Shown here one piece after another: positions 32,197-48,358 of a stretch of DNA of 64,000 bases (the stretch's first letter is position 1; every line of letters begins with the position of its first letter). The stretch spans positions 928,388,001 through 928,452,000 of the forward strand of contig NW_027362762.1 of assembly GCF_046119375.1 (NCBI RefSeq). The letters are read 5' to 3'. Position numbers and translations under genes: made by a program. The notes beneath the pieces are model-generated. The model searched no databases. It was not told the origin of the DNA and worked only from the letters and a program-made list of their open reading frames with translations. This DNA comes from Phyllobates terribilis (Eukaryota).

Positions 32197-34144
32197 CAGG
32201 TGTGATAATCCGCTAGATGTCATAGATGCAGGTCATTGTAGGGAGCCCCACATGGCAACGCAAAATGACATTAGCCTGAAACTGCGGATTTCAGGAAATT
32301 CCTCTCAAACTCCGCGGATTGATCTGCTCATCTCTAGTAATCATGTAATATCTAGTGTGCTTTTACTGACATTACAGGGAGCAGGGGGATAAATATTTGG
32401 ATGAACAATTTGCACATTATAGGGGAGAGGGGGATAAATATCTGGATGCAATTTGTGCACATTAACCCCGTTGCCCCTGTAATGTGCAAATTGTACATCC
32501 AGATATTTATCCCCCTCCCCCTGTAATGTGCAAATTGTGCATCTAGAATATTATCCCCCTCCCCCCTGTAATGTGCAAACTGTGCATTTAGGTATTTCAC
32601 CCCCTCTTTCTACACACACCTCTGTAAATAGCTGGAGGAGGATAAAGTGCAAAAAGGGCATCCAGCTATTTACAAGGGGGGACAACGTACACCCAACTAT
32701 TAAGGGGTGCAATAATGTGTAAAATGTGCGTCCAGCTATTTACGAGATGTGTGGATAATGAGCACAGATACATCCAGCTATAGCTGTATTTTATATATGT
32801 CTGTAAACCCTCTTCACATGTACAGCACTCTGAAATTAAAGGGGTTGTCCGTTCTTAAGCTAGAAGTCTGCAGTAACTGTGTGCGACTGCAGACTTGTGA
32901 ATCCTCAAATCATGTGCACTGCGTGCTGTGAGGATTCTCCGGGAGTGGACGGGCACGTGACTGCAAGTAAGTTATTTGCATACATGCCGTCACCAGCCGG
33001 CTAGATGGGTGAGGCCTCACTTAATACAAGTTATTTTATTGCTATTATTTATTTATTTTAGTTGTTTTTTTCTGGGAGGGTGCCCATTTAGACTTTTGCT
33101 ATGGGGCCCCATGATTTGTATATATGCCCCTGGAGCAACAGATGGCCATACGCACTGCCACTGTAGTGGCGCTACAGGTTCCTTGTTCTGCCTATCAGTG
33201 CGGGTGATTTTACCCCTCTGATATACGATATAGATTGGTGATAACTTGTTTTCATTGGAAAACCCCTTTAAGATTTTTTACCAGAAAAGTAGAATTCCCC
33301 CCCTTCCTGCTTTAAATTATCTCTAACTGGCTGTAATCCCCCCATGTTTCAGGAAATATTATCCAGCAAAACAGTGGCGCAGCCTTAATGAAAAATTATA
33401 TAAACATGAAAATAAATTGTTTGTGACTGCTGTGCACAATTTTGCAACTTTTCAGCGAGCAATGTGTGAAAAAAAAAAATTTTAGAGCCCTAATGAATCC
33501 AAATTTGCATTATAACAGGTAACATATGTCCCGTTTAGTCATGTAAGTTGCACACACGCTAAATTCTCTCTGACAGAAGCAGCAGAACCGGCAAATGCCC
33601 TCCGGTGCTGACAAGACGATGAAAATGCTGAACTCACAGAGACGAACAATATGTCTCCATAGTTTTGATACAAACAAGAGGAAAGAAAGTAGAAAGTACA
33701 TGTAAAACTGAGTCAGAGAGAAGCTGAGAACCACTTACCACCGTAGCCATAACAACTTCGCAGATTTACGCACTATTTTGCTCGGCAGATAAATTTAGGA
33801 ACTTTGAGTAGTCGTCAGGGTCTTAATATAGAATTTAAATAATGTTTGTGGAAAATAGATTTTGAGGACAAATGCAAAGTTCTTTAACTTTTAACACCAT
33901 CAAACTACTATTGTTCCCTCCCCGCAACTTGTTAGGGCACACATTGCACCCTCACGTTTTTTTAAATGCATAGTGACCAATGGTCAGTAAAATTCTTTCC
34001 CTATACATATAGTTTTTTTTATGCAAAACAGATGGATTTTCTTCCCCCTTTATCTTCTGAACTCATCATTCTCTAAGGTCTTAGCCAAAACAAGATGGAC
34101 TGCCAGCTCACTTAGGAGTCAGCTTACAGCTGCCTATAGAAGTA

Positions 34145-35781
<1,637 letters not shown>

Positions 35782-36152
35782 TATATGGAGGTGAGAAGAG
35801 GTGGGGGGGGAGAGTATCAAAATACTAAATTATTTAACCCGTAAGGTAAACACAAAAAAAAAACGTAATGCCAGCATTGCCAGTTTTTAGCCGCAATAAA
35901 ATACAATTCAATAAAAGCAATCAAAACATCACATATAATATCAAAACGGTACCATTAAAAACTACAACTGGGCAGACAAAAAAAGTTCCTTTTTTTTTTT
36001 TACAAAGTTCAACTTTTTTTAAGATTCAATAAAAGTAAAAGAAGTTATGGCTCTTGGAAGACGTGTAGGTAAAAAACAAAACTACAAAAAAATAAAAATT
36101 GGCTGTGTCGTTAAGTGGCGAATCAGCTGTCGATGGGTAGAAGAAACAGGGA

Positions 36153-36515
36153 GGTCTTAGTCAGATTTTCACATACGAGTGCTTTGTATTTTTCACGGAT
36201 AGCTCTCCTACCTGTGAAAGTCTATGGGGCCATTCACATGTCGTGGAGACATGTCCGATTTTGATCCAAGAGTTGGATCAAAATCTGCAATTCAAGTCAA
36301 TGGATCAGTGAAGAAATCGGACCGTACTCGGATCTCATCCGAGTGTGCTCCGATTTTCACGGACTGTCATAAACGAAGAGGTGGAGTAACTTTTTTTTAT
36401 TTCTCAACGTACAAGAAAACTGGATGACACTCGGACTACACTATGCTCAAAGTCTGATCAAAATAATCAGTCCGTTTTTCTCATATGTGAGAAAAACTGA
36501 TGTCTGCATGAAGCC
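36153..36515 (-). mobile_element. MITE, inverted relative of 41168-41566
   Basis: 36410-36515 aligns to the reverse complement of 41168-41275; boundaries approximate. Confidence 0.6.
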
Positions 36516-39152
36516 TAAAAATTCTATTCTATTCTATAAGAGTTAGGCGGGGGTGGAACCTTGAATATTCATGAGGATCCAGTTTGGTGAAGAAATGTGG
36601 ACAAAGGCATGCAACCATAGTGCTTTTCCTTTAAAAAAAAAATCCTTATTCCTGCTATAACAAAAAAAGTATCTTATGGGAATTTGGTTTAGGAAATGAT
36701 GACCCAAAAAACAGCATCACATCCTGACGGATGAAAAATGTCCTCCAAATACCTTGAATTCATCATCTCTGACCACTGGTGATATAACCGATCCTCTGGA
36801 GTCTGTCACGTCTAAAGGAAAACATTGACTGACTATACAAATAAAATATGAAAGTTAGAAACCTGCGTGCGATGGCTCAACTCTGAAAAACTAAGAGCAG
36901 ATGAGAAAAGTCTGGTCATCTTTCAGCAGCACGGACTGTGTTACACTGTACACAGAGAAGTAATGTTACCCAGTCCACCGCTATACATCACTGGGATATT
37001 TCTATGCAATTCACAGTTTATCAAATTTCACCACTGTAGCTATCTACATATATGCCCCCTTCCTATTACTGCATATCTGACACATTGAATGATTATTGGT
37101 TCTTAAAGGGATCCCGATAGCACATTTTTACATATGAAAGTAGTGGTATGGTTGTATAGGTGCTTGTCCTCCAATAAAAATGTTATAAGAAATCTAGAGT
37201 ATAAGCAATATGCAAATGAGTCTGGAAGTGCACTTGGAAGAAGCAGTTCAAGAGAGCAGTTCACAATGCAAAAAAAAAGGACTGCGAAGTAGTCAGTTTG
37301 GAGTCCGATAGTGGTTGAGGCATGGGCCAATTATTCTAATACTGCAGTGCTGGACAATTTGTGCCTACCGACTCCTGACGGTGGCCGCAATGTTTCTACA
37401 AGCTCACCTCGCCGCAATCAAGAGAAATTGCAAGATATAAGAGAGTTGTGTTACTTTGAAAATATTATTTAGGGTCTCGGACTTAATCTAATCAAAATTA
37501 TAGCTATTATCTACAGAAATGAGTACTTGGACTAATGGTAAATCTTTTCAGTTTAATCTTCGAAAATTACTGCAATAGTGCTCCTGTGCTCTCCCAGCAT
37601 GCTGACAGTGTTGGGGGAGATGCCTCTATGCATTCAACTTTTACTAAATCTTTATTTTATCAATAGGTCTATGCTAGAACTCATATCTAGCACCTTATAC
37701 TTGCAATAGAAGAGTCCAGTGCACCACTCTGTTGTCCATGCATACTATGTGCAACCCTCCGCATGGTTGCAGCAACTTAGATAAATCCAGGAACCAGGGC
37801 ACCAGACGTCCTCATTTTGGTAAATTTATTACTACAGAAAAATCACAATGTTTCAGTTGTGCAGGGCATTGATCAAACCATAAAAAAGCATATCCCTCTT
37901 TTGTAGGCAGGTTAGTGAAGGATTAGTGAGCTGTCATAAGAGCATACAGATGAATATGTAAGCAGAGCACCAGATAGAGCGCCCCCCACAGGTTCGCCCC
38001 GAAACACGAGCATATCATTATCTCCAAACTGAAAGTAAAGATTATACAAGAACCACAGGACGGATTTCATTAACCAAGGTATCATTTTATCAGTGTAATG
38101 TCGCCCGCTTGACAGTGTATGTAGTTTACTGAGCACAATCCTGCTGACAGGTGCCCTTTAAATGTACTAAAAACTTTATTTAAAAAAATATTATTAATCA
38201 TGACAAAAAGTAAGTAGCAGACTTACGGTATATGCAAGCCCTGTAAACTTAACAATCTATACAATGCAGTAAACATTATTTACGGTTATAGGGACATATC
38301 GTAAATTAAAAAAAGTTCTGGCTATAAATGCTGGAAAGCAGAAGCAAAAAATAAAATGCAACACCCTCATTTGCTGGATATAAAATAGTTAACTTTGCAG
38401 CATCCAGTTTCCTCCCTCCCTCTTTGGAAGCATACATTTTCCCACAAAGGTTTTGGGGGCTTTTTGGATCAAAAATTCACAGGAAAATATATTTATGTCA
38501 TGTTCATTAAACGACACAACAGGAAAAAAAAACTACAGAGTAAAAACCATGACAGAAAATATCACAGACGTCATTGTTTTTGCGTGTACAGGGTGGATGG
38601 AGGACTTTACAGAATAAGGAGGCCCTAAGACTGTGACCAAGGGCAGTCGTGAACGTTAGCCGCCTAGTCCTGGCACAGTTCCCTTCAATGTAGCCAGAAG
38701 GAAAAATCCGACAACTGTCAACCATGTCATTCATGTGGCCACCAACATGACTAGATTTTAGTAACCTCTAAATTACTTTTAAACCACAAATTATATTACA
38801 TTATCAACAACTGAACCTCCATAATTATAACATTTCACACCATATTAAAACAAATATTATGCAAAAAAAAACTGTCAAAATTTTTTTAAAACACCCCATT
38901 CAAAATCCCAGATGGGGCAGAGTGATCATTTTATAGGGTCCATCACAATAAATATAGCCATTATTTAAGCATGGCGGGATATCACCTCCTCCTGACCACA
39001 TCTCTGTTGTTAGTGGCGACATCAGGCTGCCCGCGCAGGCGCAGTGTGATATCCGGGATGCTGGAGGTGGCGGGGAAAGTACTGACGATTGCCTGGCATG
39101 AACCAGTAGTGAGTGTGTATTATAAATAATGCTGGTTGGAATTAACTCAGTA

Positions 39153-39186
39153 CCCCCTGAAGAAGCAATATGCGAAACATGCATTG
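39153..39186 (+). ncRNA. Degenerate Penelope-type minimal hammerhead motif
   Basis: CCCC-CTGAAGA-A-GC(aatat)GC-GAAAC-atgca; the stem III palindrome looks CpG-decayed and stem I is unpaired. Confidence 0.4.
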
Positions 39187-40522
39187 AAATCCTTTTTTGA
39201 TCTTTGTCTACACTGAAATTATTAATGTTGTTAGATATAATTGCGATAGGTATTGTTTCAGTTTTTGGATGCTAAATGATTAGTTTTTTTTACGCCGCTG
39301 ACCACGTATCCTTTCTATATACAGTCTTGTTCGCAGCCACCTGGTACGAGAAGAGTTAATATATTGCCCCGCGCTCACCTTTCTTGCCAAAAATACCCTC
39401 AACCAATATTCCCTAGAAATAGTTTCTATTTTTGTAGCTAATCAAGACACAGAGCAATCTCATGGCCACATCCACTTATTCGTTTCTGGAAAGAAGTTGC
39501 AGACCCGTTACCATGGTAACTGTTGCTCAGATTTAGTTTTTTTTTCTTTTATTATTAAAGGAAACTGCACCCTAAAGAGTAAGACACAGACAAGGGAAAA
39601 AAATGTAATGGTTGATGTTATGTAAGTGTATTTAATAATTGAAAGAGAAGCTTCATCGCCTTATAATGGAATGCAAAAAACGTCTTTTGTATAAGCATCT
39701 ATGTCACTAAATTATTCATAGATATATGACCCTGGAGAGCAACTAGTGACAGCTCTGCAGCCATATGTTTGCTATCTGGGGTTTTAATGCAGCAGTTTGT
39801 GAGGGATATTAGTTCCTCTAGGGCAGGAGAAGGCTCGTGGCCAGATTCGGTTTGGGCCCCTGCACATGAAAAGATGGGATAAATGAAGTCACTATTGTGT
39901 CTGTCTCGCCGATTCATATGAAAATTAACCTTGACCATACTTAACAACATTGGAAACGTTGAGTGTTTAAAGGGGTTGTCCAGGCTTGATGCTCAAGTCT
40001 GCAGTCACATAGAATGACTGCAGACTTGTAAACCAAGGCCAGACAACCCATCTAAGCTACATCCACAGTCCCACCTTTAGGCACTATTCTCCATAAATTT
40101 TGCCCATTTTAAACCATAGATATCTTGACACTGTTTCCAAAAATTTGAGTATGTTCTGGCAATTTTGGCACATGCCTCTGCGGTGTGTATGAGCATTTAG
40201 ATGGGTTTTTCCGTTTCAAAAATTAGTCCATCAAAAGAGACCCCCCCCAAAAAAAAACCTATGTAGAAGAGCTGGAAAAACACAAAGCCACTATAGTGTC
40301 TTAAACAAGTGACAAGAACGCTTGTGTACAGGGAATTGCTCACATGGTCAGGTTGTGAGCCACAACATACAATGCACTGGAAGAGGCTGGTGCAGACCTG
40401 AAAATAGTCAACAATACCAGAAGTGGGGAAGAAAGGATTTTTTTTTCTGTTCTGCCAAGTGTACCAATGATAATTCCAAAGAAAGGAGCAGAAACTAGGA
40501 TAACAGAATGCGGTTTATTGTC

Positions 40523-40600
40523 GACGCGTAAAACAAGTAAAACAAACTTGTGGTTTGTCCTGAGGAGAAAGTTTGTTTTACTTTGAAACGCGTCCTTTAT
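40523..40600 (+). ncRNA. Hammerhead-like core with an adjacent inverted partial copy (Penelope-like remnant)
   Basis: CTGAGGA-G-AAAGT(ttgtttt)ACTTT-GAAAC-GCGTC at 40560-40594; 40535-40549 is the exact reverse complement of 40569-40583. Confidence 0.45.
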
Positions 40601-41167
40601 CCTGGGACCTGCTCTTTTCTCTAGAACTATCATTGATACATACACTTGGCAGCGCAGAAAAAAAAAACGATTGTTCCCTACGTCTTGATTCATTGCCAAA
40701 AAAAAGCATAAACTGAGCTGGAACTCATCTTACCCGGGTCTAGCACTGCTTCTTGCCACTCCTACTATCTTTGTCGATTGGCTGCAACGATTTTGTCTCC
40801 TCAACAGAGCTGTATAGTCATTATCGGGTGCTGTAGTTGGAAAGTTGTTCACACCAAATCTGCATTCATCTATAGGAGTCCAGACCAGATGAAAGATCAT
40901 AATAGAAACCGATTTGCAAATTGTCATTTTAACTTACATCATTGTGATCTGTAAAGTCAATGAGGAACCATCACCGACAAGTCCTTCAAAAATAACAAAT
41001 CTGAGATCACTGATGTACTGCCGGCTTTGGTCAAACCACCAAGTAAAAGGCTACATTGTTGTCCCTTGTAACTGATCTGTGGTATCTTACAGACCACCTG
41101 GTAATTAAGTTGACAATTGTGCATGCCCAATTTTCCATTATATGAGATTAAGAAAAGATGACCATAA

Positions 41168-41566
41168 GGCCTTATTCAGATGTCAGTTTTTCTCACGTAC
41201 GAGAAAAACTGACCGATTTTTTTGATCAGACTTTGATCGGAGTTTGGTCCAAGCGTCATCAGTTTTTCTCGTACGTGGAAGAAAAAAAAAAAAACTTTCT
41301 CCGCCTTCTCCTTTCTGTCAATCAGTAAAAATCAGATGGCATCGGAGTGTGGTCCAATTTTTTCATGGATCCATAGAATTGTATTGCGGATTTTGATCCG
41401 ACCCTCAGATCAAAATCGGATATGTCTCCCCTATTTACCGAGGATCACCCGGTCCAGGAAAAAACAAGTTTTTCAAGTTGCGAGTTGTCCCATAAACTAT
41501 CACAGGTACGAGTACGATCCGTGAAAACCACGGATAACACACATACGCAAAAAGCTGAATAAGGCC
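41168..41566 (+). mobile_element. Harbinger-like MITE
   Basis: 12-bp TIR GGCCTTATTCAG / CTGAATAAGGCC in a TAA/TTA context. Confidence 0.75.
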
Positions 41567-41908
41567 TTACCATGAAAAAAGAGGAACGTTACAAAGTAGC
41601 CAATATTTTTCAGTTTGGGAAGAACCATTTATGTGGGACTTCCGGACCATCGTGACCAACTGGATGGCTTATTGGATGTTCAAAATGGTCACTGTAAACA
41701 GAGATCTAAACCCTGACTGGCACCTCCACCTTTTCTATGCATTAGTTTTGATAAATATCCACCATGAAAAAACTGGGAATACAGGCAACATGTTATGTGA
41801 AGCTGAGAAAACCTTACTAATAAACTTGTGCCGGCAGCTGCTATACAACTGACAGAGAAGAAACCATGCAACTAAAAATCAGACAGAAATTGTGTATCTG
41901 TAACATCT

Positions 41909-42460
41909 GTGATAGTTCCGGTCCCTTTAGGTCATGCTTCGGCCGCTAGACGGCACCGTGCCTTTGTTACGGGTAATGAACGACGGCATCAATTGTTTTA
42001 TTCCTGGTACTTTTGGTGTCGCTAGATCAGGGAGCTATGAAGTTAATTGTCTGGCTTTAATTACTCCTTTCTGAGAGCCCTGGGTGGGGTTGCCCGTTAT
42101 TTAAACCCCTGGGTCTCTGACTTCCACTGCCAGGTATATAGTTCTGCTACCTGGCTTGTTCTAGTTCTTGCTTGTGTTGTTTTCCTGATCGCGGGGTGTA
42201 TTTTGACCATCCTCTTGTTTTACAATTCTGTTCCTGACGTGACCTCTTGGCTTTGACCCTACTTGGCGACCCTTCCTGCCTCTGGTTTGCTCCACCAGAC
42301 AGCAGCCTTTCCATGGAAGCAATCCAGGGGGACCTCGTTTTAGGACCAGATCCCTGTACAGGGGTTAAAGAATGAAGATGGGGGTTCCTTTGGAATCTGT
42401 CAGACGGAGTGGCTTGTGCCAAGTCTGTCCGAGGTAGCCTTTGAGCATGTGGCCTTGAAC
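41909..42460 (+). mobile_element. Possible degenerate solo LTR
   Basis: TGTGA start, TATTTAAA box, pyrimidine-rich tract and CCAGATCCCTGTACAGGGGTTAAA; no TSD or clean end found. Confidence 0.35.
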
Positions 42461-45244
42461 AGACGTGGACAATATCAAAATTCATACTGTGACATTTTGT
42501 TCCAAAGTGAAGTGTTTTTTTAATACAAAAAATGTATATCTAGCAATCAAGTTCATATAAAGACGATATAAGACAATGTTTTTCGAGAAATGTGATTTTA
42601 TGAAAACGTTTCAATTACAATTAAAAAAGAAAAATGCGATTTAAATATTAGGTACAATGAAATTTCCATACACATGCCAAAAAAACAATCTGCATCTGAT
42701 GATGGTTTATGTTACACATGGTGAGGAGAAGGAAGAGGAATGTTTGCCTTTTTGCTACATCTTGAGCGACTTTGAACAATAAGCACTAATTACATATTCA
42801 TGTAATATGTTCACGGGTTTCTGCTCAAATTAACGTCTTCTTCAAAAACATTCTTTGGTACAATCTGAGAGCAAGAATTTGGCAGATGACAGATCTGATC
42901 TGGTGGAGTCAACATCGGGCATCACTTGTCCCTCTACACGTTATTAGGACAGATTCCAGCTGAATTTTACAAGATACTTAGAAAAGGCAGCGAGTTGTAA
43001 AGAAACAGACGGCGTGAAGCCTGTAAGCAATAGAGATTCAAGCCTTTTGTTCAAGAATATTACCAGCTACAAAACAGCTTTTACAATGTTTTTTTTTTGG
43101 AATTGACTCAGGATGCATAGAGCTACCGCTTATCTTCTAGGACCATAGACACTGGAAGATAAATCCATTGGAAGGGAGAGATTAGATGAGTTAATCTCAG
43201 AGTCAACAAATGTCTATGACCAGATTAACAGGGTTGTCTGCCATTTTTGACATTCAGACATAAAAGTGGGGGGTTTACGCATGGTAGCCTCTTCTATGAA
43301 GTCCACATGCCGTTTTAAGACATATGGATGTCACGGAGATGGATGGTAACCTACTCTATGAGACAAAATGAAGAACTGATATAAAAAGAAAAAAAAAATG
43401 TCCAAAACTATTGGCACAGACTACTTTTAGAAATACCCTCGGCAATAATGAGCACGCTCACCTACTTGGCAACAAAGGTTGTCGTTCAAAAGAGGTCACA
43501 AAATCGGAAAAAAAAAAAAACCTAAGCCTCAGTTCACATGTCAAGTTGTCATCCGTTTGTAACGGATCCAGTATAAAAAAAAGTTAATGGAGTTTATTGA
43601 TCCAGCTTAAAAAGAAAAAAAAAAAAAAAACAGATAGCGGACAGAAAGGAGGCAAACAGAAGACAATTTAGGACATTTCCTTCTCTTTTCAGATTGGATA
43701 AAATTGGAAAAATGTATAGATAAAAAAAAATGTTAGGCCTAATCATCTGTTACCATCCGAAAAACACCTTGTAAAAAAATGAGAAATGAACCCTCCATGT
43801 CTAATGGTTAACAAAAAAAATGGAAAAACAAAAAGAAAAAAAAAAAAAAGACTTTGATCTTACTAAATTGTCAGAACAATACAGGTGCCTGAAAGACAGA
43901 TATACAAAGACATGCCTTTGTATTCATTCTCACTGGGCTGTGGCAATGTAAGCAGAGACATAAAGGGTCTTCAGAGACCTTTGTTTCTTCAGTATAAGTT
44001 AACCAGAACGTTCATTCCAAAAAATGTTGGAGTAGGTGGTTTTTTTTGTTTTTTTTTTTTGCTTAAAAGAAAAAAATTCCAAAATTCCAGAGGGATAAAC
44101 TTAGTTTACCTAAAAGGATTGTAACCCACATCATGCAGAGATCCTGAGAGCCTGAACGCTTTTGTACAAAATGTTATGAAAACATTTTTTTTAAAAAATG
44201 TGGTCTCTTTCCATTTTACATTATCTTCCTGTTAACATCACATCTGTGTATTTAGACTTAGAATGAGTTTTATGAGCAGGACCTATAATCAGTTAATCAG
44301 TTGCTTCACTTCAATGAAACAGTGAAGATATAGTAGTGATTCTTCAGCACACAAATGTCTGGCTCCACTCTCGGGTTCTTTACATAAAATATGTTGAGCA
44401 ATACTATGGAGGAACTTAAAGGGACTGTCCAGTTTAGAAAACTTATTTTCAGTTACAAAGTGTTTTTGGAGGACCTTGTCCTGCCATGCCTAATTTTCCC
44501 TTCAGGGGCACTGCAGGAAAACCTACTGATTACAGCTAATTGCTGGGCATCCCAAGGAAACACTTTACGATTAGAGATACTTCTAATCAGTAGGGATTGT
44601 TTAACGTGGAGAACCTCTTAGTGCAGTTGGTTTGTACCTCTACCTGAGCCTATTCCATCACTAAAGATAGGCATACCCAACATTTTTGGGTCAAAGCAAA
44701 CAATAGTTTTAGATGTGAAAAAGTCAACATGACGTCCTATCAGTGTAATACAGGACAGGCTGGATGTCAATCAAACTAGGGCCAGCCAGCATGACTTGTC
44801 CCGAGAATAGCCCCACCCCCTTGACTGTATATAGACTTGGGAATACAGTCTCGTTTTACATGATGCCACATCTGCTACAGACTAAAAGAACATCATTGGC
44901 ATGGATAAAAGGTTAGTGGCAATATGGTGGCCCAATTCCTGATGACAGATTCCCTTTAACTTCTTTTTTTCAAGTGGAGCAACCCTTTAAAATGTACCAA
45001 AACAAAGATAATATTTATTTCAAAGCATGTTTTATATTGTTTCCCAACGCTCACATTACAGAAATCTTGAACTATAAGTCCACATGAGATGTGAATCAAC
45101 CATAAAATGCCCAGCTTTTCTTCATCAGTCTTCAAAGAGAAGCGTAAAAGTTTTATGACGAAAAAAAACAAAGAAAAGTGTGACCTAAAACAATGAGCCT
45201 GAGGAAAATGGTGACACAGTGCCGATCGAATATTAACATCATAA

Positions 45245-45621
45245 GGCTATGTGCCCACGTTGCATTTATGAAGCAGAAAATTTCTGCTGCATAAATGCAA
45301 GTCCTCTCCCGGAAAAACGCATGCGGAATTCCGCACGCGTTTATCGCGCATTTTTCGCGCGTTTTCCACATGCGGAATTGCCTTGCGTTTTTTATGCATT
45401 GGACTAAGGCAATTCCGCTTGCGGAAACGCAAAATTAAATGACATGCTGCGGATTTTTGAACGCGGCATAAACACTGCGGAAAAATCCGCAACATGTGCA
45501 TAGAACTTGCGGAATCCCATTGGGGACCATGGGGTGCGGATATACATGCGTTTTTCAAGCGTTTACGCTGCGGAAATTCCGCAGCATATACGCTTGAAAA
45601 ATGCTACGTGGGCACACAGCC
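45245..45621. mobile_element. Palindromic Harbinger-like MITE
   Basis: TIR GGCTATGTGCCCACGT / ACGTGGGCACACAGCC; TAA on both flanks; TGCGG/CCGCA-rich interior. Confidence 0.8.
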
Positions 45622-46094
45622 TAACACTTTGAGGAAAAAAAGTCCTTAACGTTTACAACAGCCGTTTTCAATGCAATTTGATCCAGCTCCGTAGAGTTTT
45701 CTGGTGAGTCAAGGTCAGTGCAGGAGACCACCAGCTGAGGAATCACGTTTGGTCCATGGCAAGTTGCGTTAGCAAATTAGTTACAGCAGATTTCTGCACT
45801 TTTGCATGTCCACAGAAATATCCATTAGTAAAGTTTGCAAGAAAACTGTCAATATTTTAGTGCTGTACCAGACAGAGATCTTGTAGTTTCCCTGGCATCA
45901 CTGCCGCAGAAGTGCAATTCACAGAAGTGATGAATTTCTCAATGCATAACATAAAACATTCACGGTAAATGCTCTTGATGCAATGAGGAAAATAGCAGAA
46001 TTCACATTTACAGATATAATTCAAGTTCTCCTCTTTCAGTAACGGTTGGGGCATAAACCACCAAGTAAACCATAGTTCTCAAGAACATGTCCAA

Positions 46095-46762
46095 TCAGCA
46101 AAATCCATTCATATCGCTGGAATTGAAACTGGTATAACCTGGGCTCATCTGTTGCAAAGCCGGCATTCGAGATTCCAAGGAGTTTTCAGGTTTAGGAGAG
46201 GTTACCTGACTCCTCTTTCTTAACATTTGTCCAATGCCCATCATAGGAAATCGACCTCGGCTCCTAACGCAATTTGGGCTTCCCAAGTTGCCGGAAATGT
46301 TATTGTTACACGATGGGGAATGGGGAGAAGTTGGGGACATGGATTCAGAGCTAGACGGGCTACTTTTGTCTTCGTACGTGAAGGATGAAAGGGTGGAATG
46401 AGCCTTTACTGGGGTTGTGTTGTCAAACTGAAAGATGGGTGACAGAGTTCTTTCACTGGAATGACGAGGAGAGAAGGACACCGGGGAACCAATGACTCGA
46501 TACTGGTGAGATGGAGACAACTCGATTTGGTCTTCTCTGTTCACAGATTCAAAGGAACGTACAACGTTCAGATGAGGTTCCCTCATGCGGACGCCCATGT
46601 TCATGTTCACAGTCTCTTGTGAGTGGGAGTCTTGACGTCTCATGATCTTAGGCGTTCTTGGATCAGGACTTTGCAATTCCAAATATTCCAAAGAACAGGA
46701 GGTGACACAGACCGGCTTGTTTAACCTGACTTCATGAAAGGGACTTAACCCACCGACGGATT
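46095..46762 (-). CDS. HUNK: HUNK last coding exon (exon 11)
   Basis: ttttgcAG acceptor, phase 1; VVRSFESVNREDQ, SSERTLSP and GSPNCVRSRGRFPMMGIGQMLRKR; stop at 46095-46097. Confidence 0.93.
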
Positions 46763-47686
46763 CTGCAAAAGGGAAATGAACATCAATTGTTTCAATCTGC
46801 AATGACTAACTGCTAGACATAAGAGCTAGACATATATTCTCCCCAACTACAATCTCCTAAAATGAGTAATGAGGAAAGTAAAAAAAAAAAAAAAGGTAAA
46901 AATATAACTTGCTTGCAAAAAGCAACCACTTTGTGAATACCGTAGAGTGGTGGCCATTTAATAACGCTTCACTTCCAAGAATTATGACCACTAATCGCTT
47001 TTCTCCTATCCATGTTCTTAATAACCACATCGTTCTCACCATTAGATACAAATGTATGGTGATCACTGATGTGTTAATTTACTACATATGTGACACGATG
47101 TTGTTTATTTATGGATAAAACCTAGCATTAATGTGTCCACACGATGCAAAAAAGACCTTCATCTCAGCAATGCCGTAGGTGTTGCTTAGGAAACATTTGC
47201 TTTAAAGGGCACCGAGCCTTTACTCTATGCAAATAATAACATTTATACTCAAATCGACAAGGTTATTGGTTAATCGGTTCTAGAGATCCATCCGGGTATC
47301 ATTTTAACATTCATATCTCCAATTCCATAATAATTTAAAAATTATTCTGACTTTATAATGCAATGTAAAAAAAAGAAAACCAAAAAAAAAAAATAAAAAT
47401 TAAAAAAAGTTTTCATTCCAAAATGGTTTCCAAAAAGCAAACTATTTTAATAAAAAAATTATGTTCCGGTATCAAAGCTAGTTTTTAATATATCTGTGAT
47501 GGGTGCCCCATATTTTGGATACAGGACACCAAAACAAAGGCAATTACATCTAGCCATATGATAAAAATTTGTCTGAAGCCACCAGTGGAGTGTTACGAGT
47601 TTACTTCATACTGTTTATGCACTTAAATCAATAGTAAAAAAAAAAAATCAGCATTCAGTAAATGGCGGGAAAGAAGAACCCCTTAA

Positions 47687-48128
47687 AGAGGACCTATCTT
47701 TTTTTTTTTTTTTTTTTTTTTTATTTAAACTGGAGTACCTTCCCGCAATTGGCGCAATTGAACTGATTTTGAAACAGTGCTTTTTTTTCTTCTATGACCC
47801 TCCGTTCCAAAGTTATGCCCTGTGGATTATATGAGCAATTTTTCTCTTCCATCAACTGGGTGTATAGCATAGAATTTTTTCTGGGGGCGTGGCCGTGTTC
47901 TGATTGGCCGGTATCAGAGAAGAAAATACAAAACGCCCACAGAGAAGTTCTATGGTACACGCCCAGTTAGTTGAAGAGAAAATTTGCACTTTTGTCTCCA
48001 AGGGGCCATAACTTTGGAATGGAGGAGCATAGAAGAAAAACAAAAAGTGTTCCAGAATCAGATGAGCAGTGGCAATTGGATAAGGTAGTCAATTTAAATT
48101 TAAAAAAAAGTCTAGTAAAAGGTACCCT
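47687..48128. mobile_element. TTAA-flanked T2/Kolobok-type MITE
   Basis: TTAA-AGAGGACCT ... AGGTACCC-TTAA termini. Confidence 0.55.
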
Positions 48129-48358
48129 TAAAGCAGTAGCTTGTCTTAAAAAGTCACTTTTTTTGTCTACAGGGGACACCCAATAGAGTATTTTTCAGTT
48201 AGGGTCCCCAATCTTCAGTTCTCCAGCAGTAAAACCACAGAGGACTTGGCGCATTACACAGTTTCTAATAATATGTATGAGCTGGCAATGTAATGTATGT
48301 ATATGCTGCGTGCCCCAGACAGAGACATCAATTTAGCACTTTAAAACTCATCACTTAC

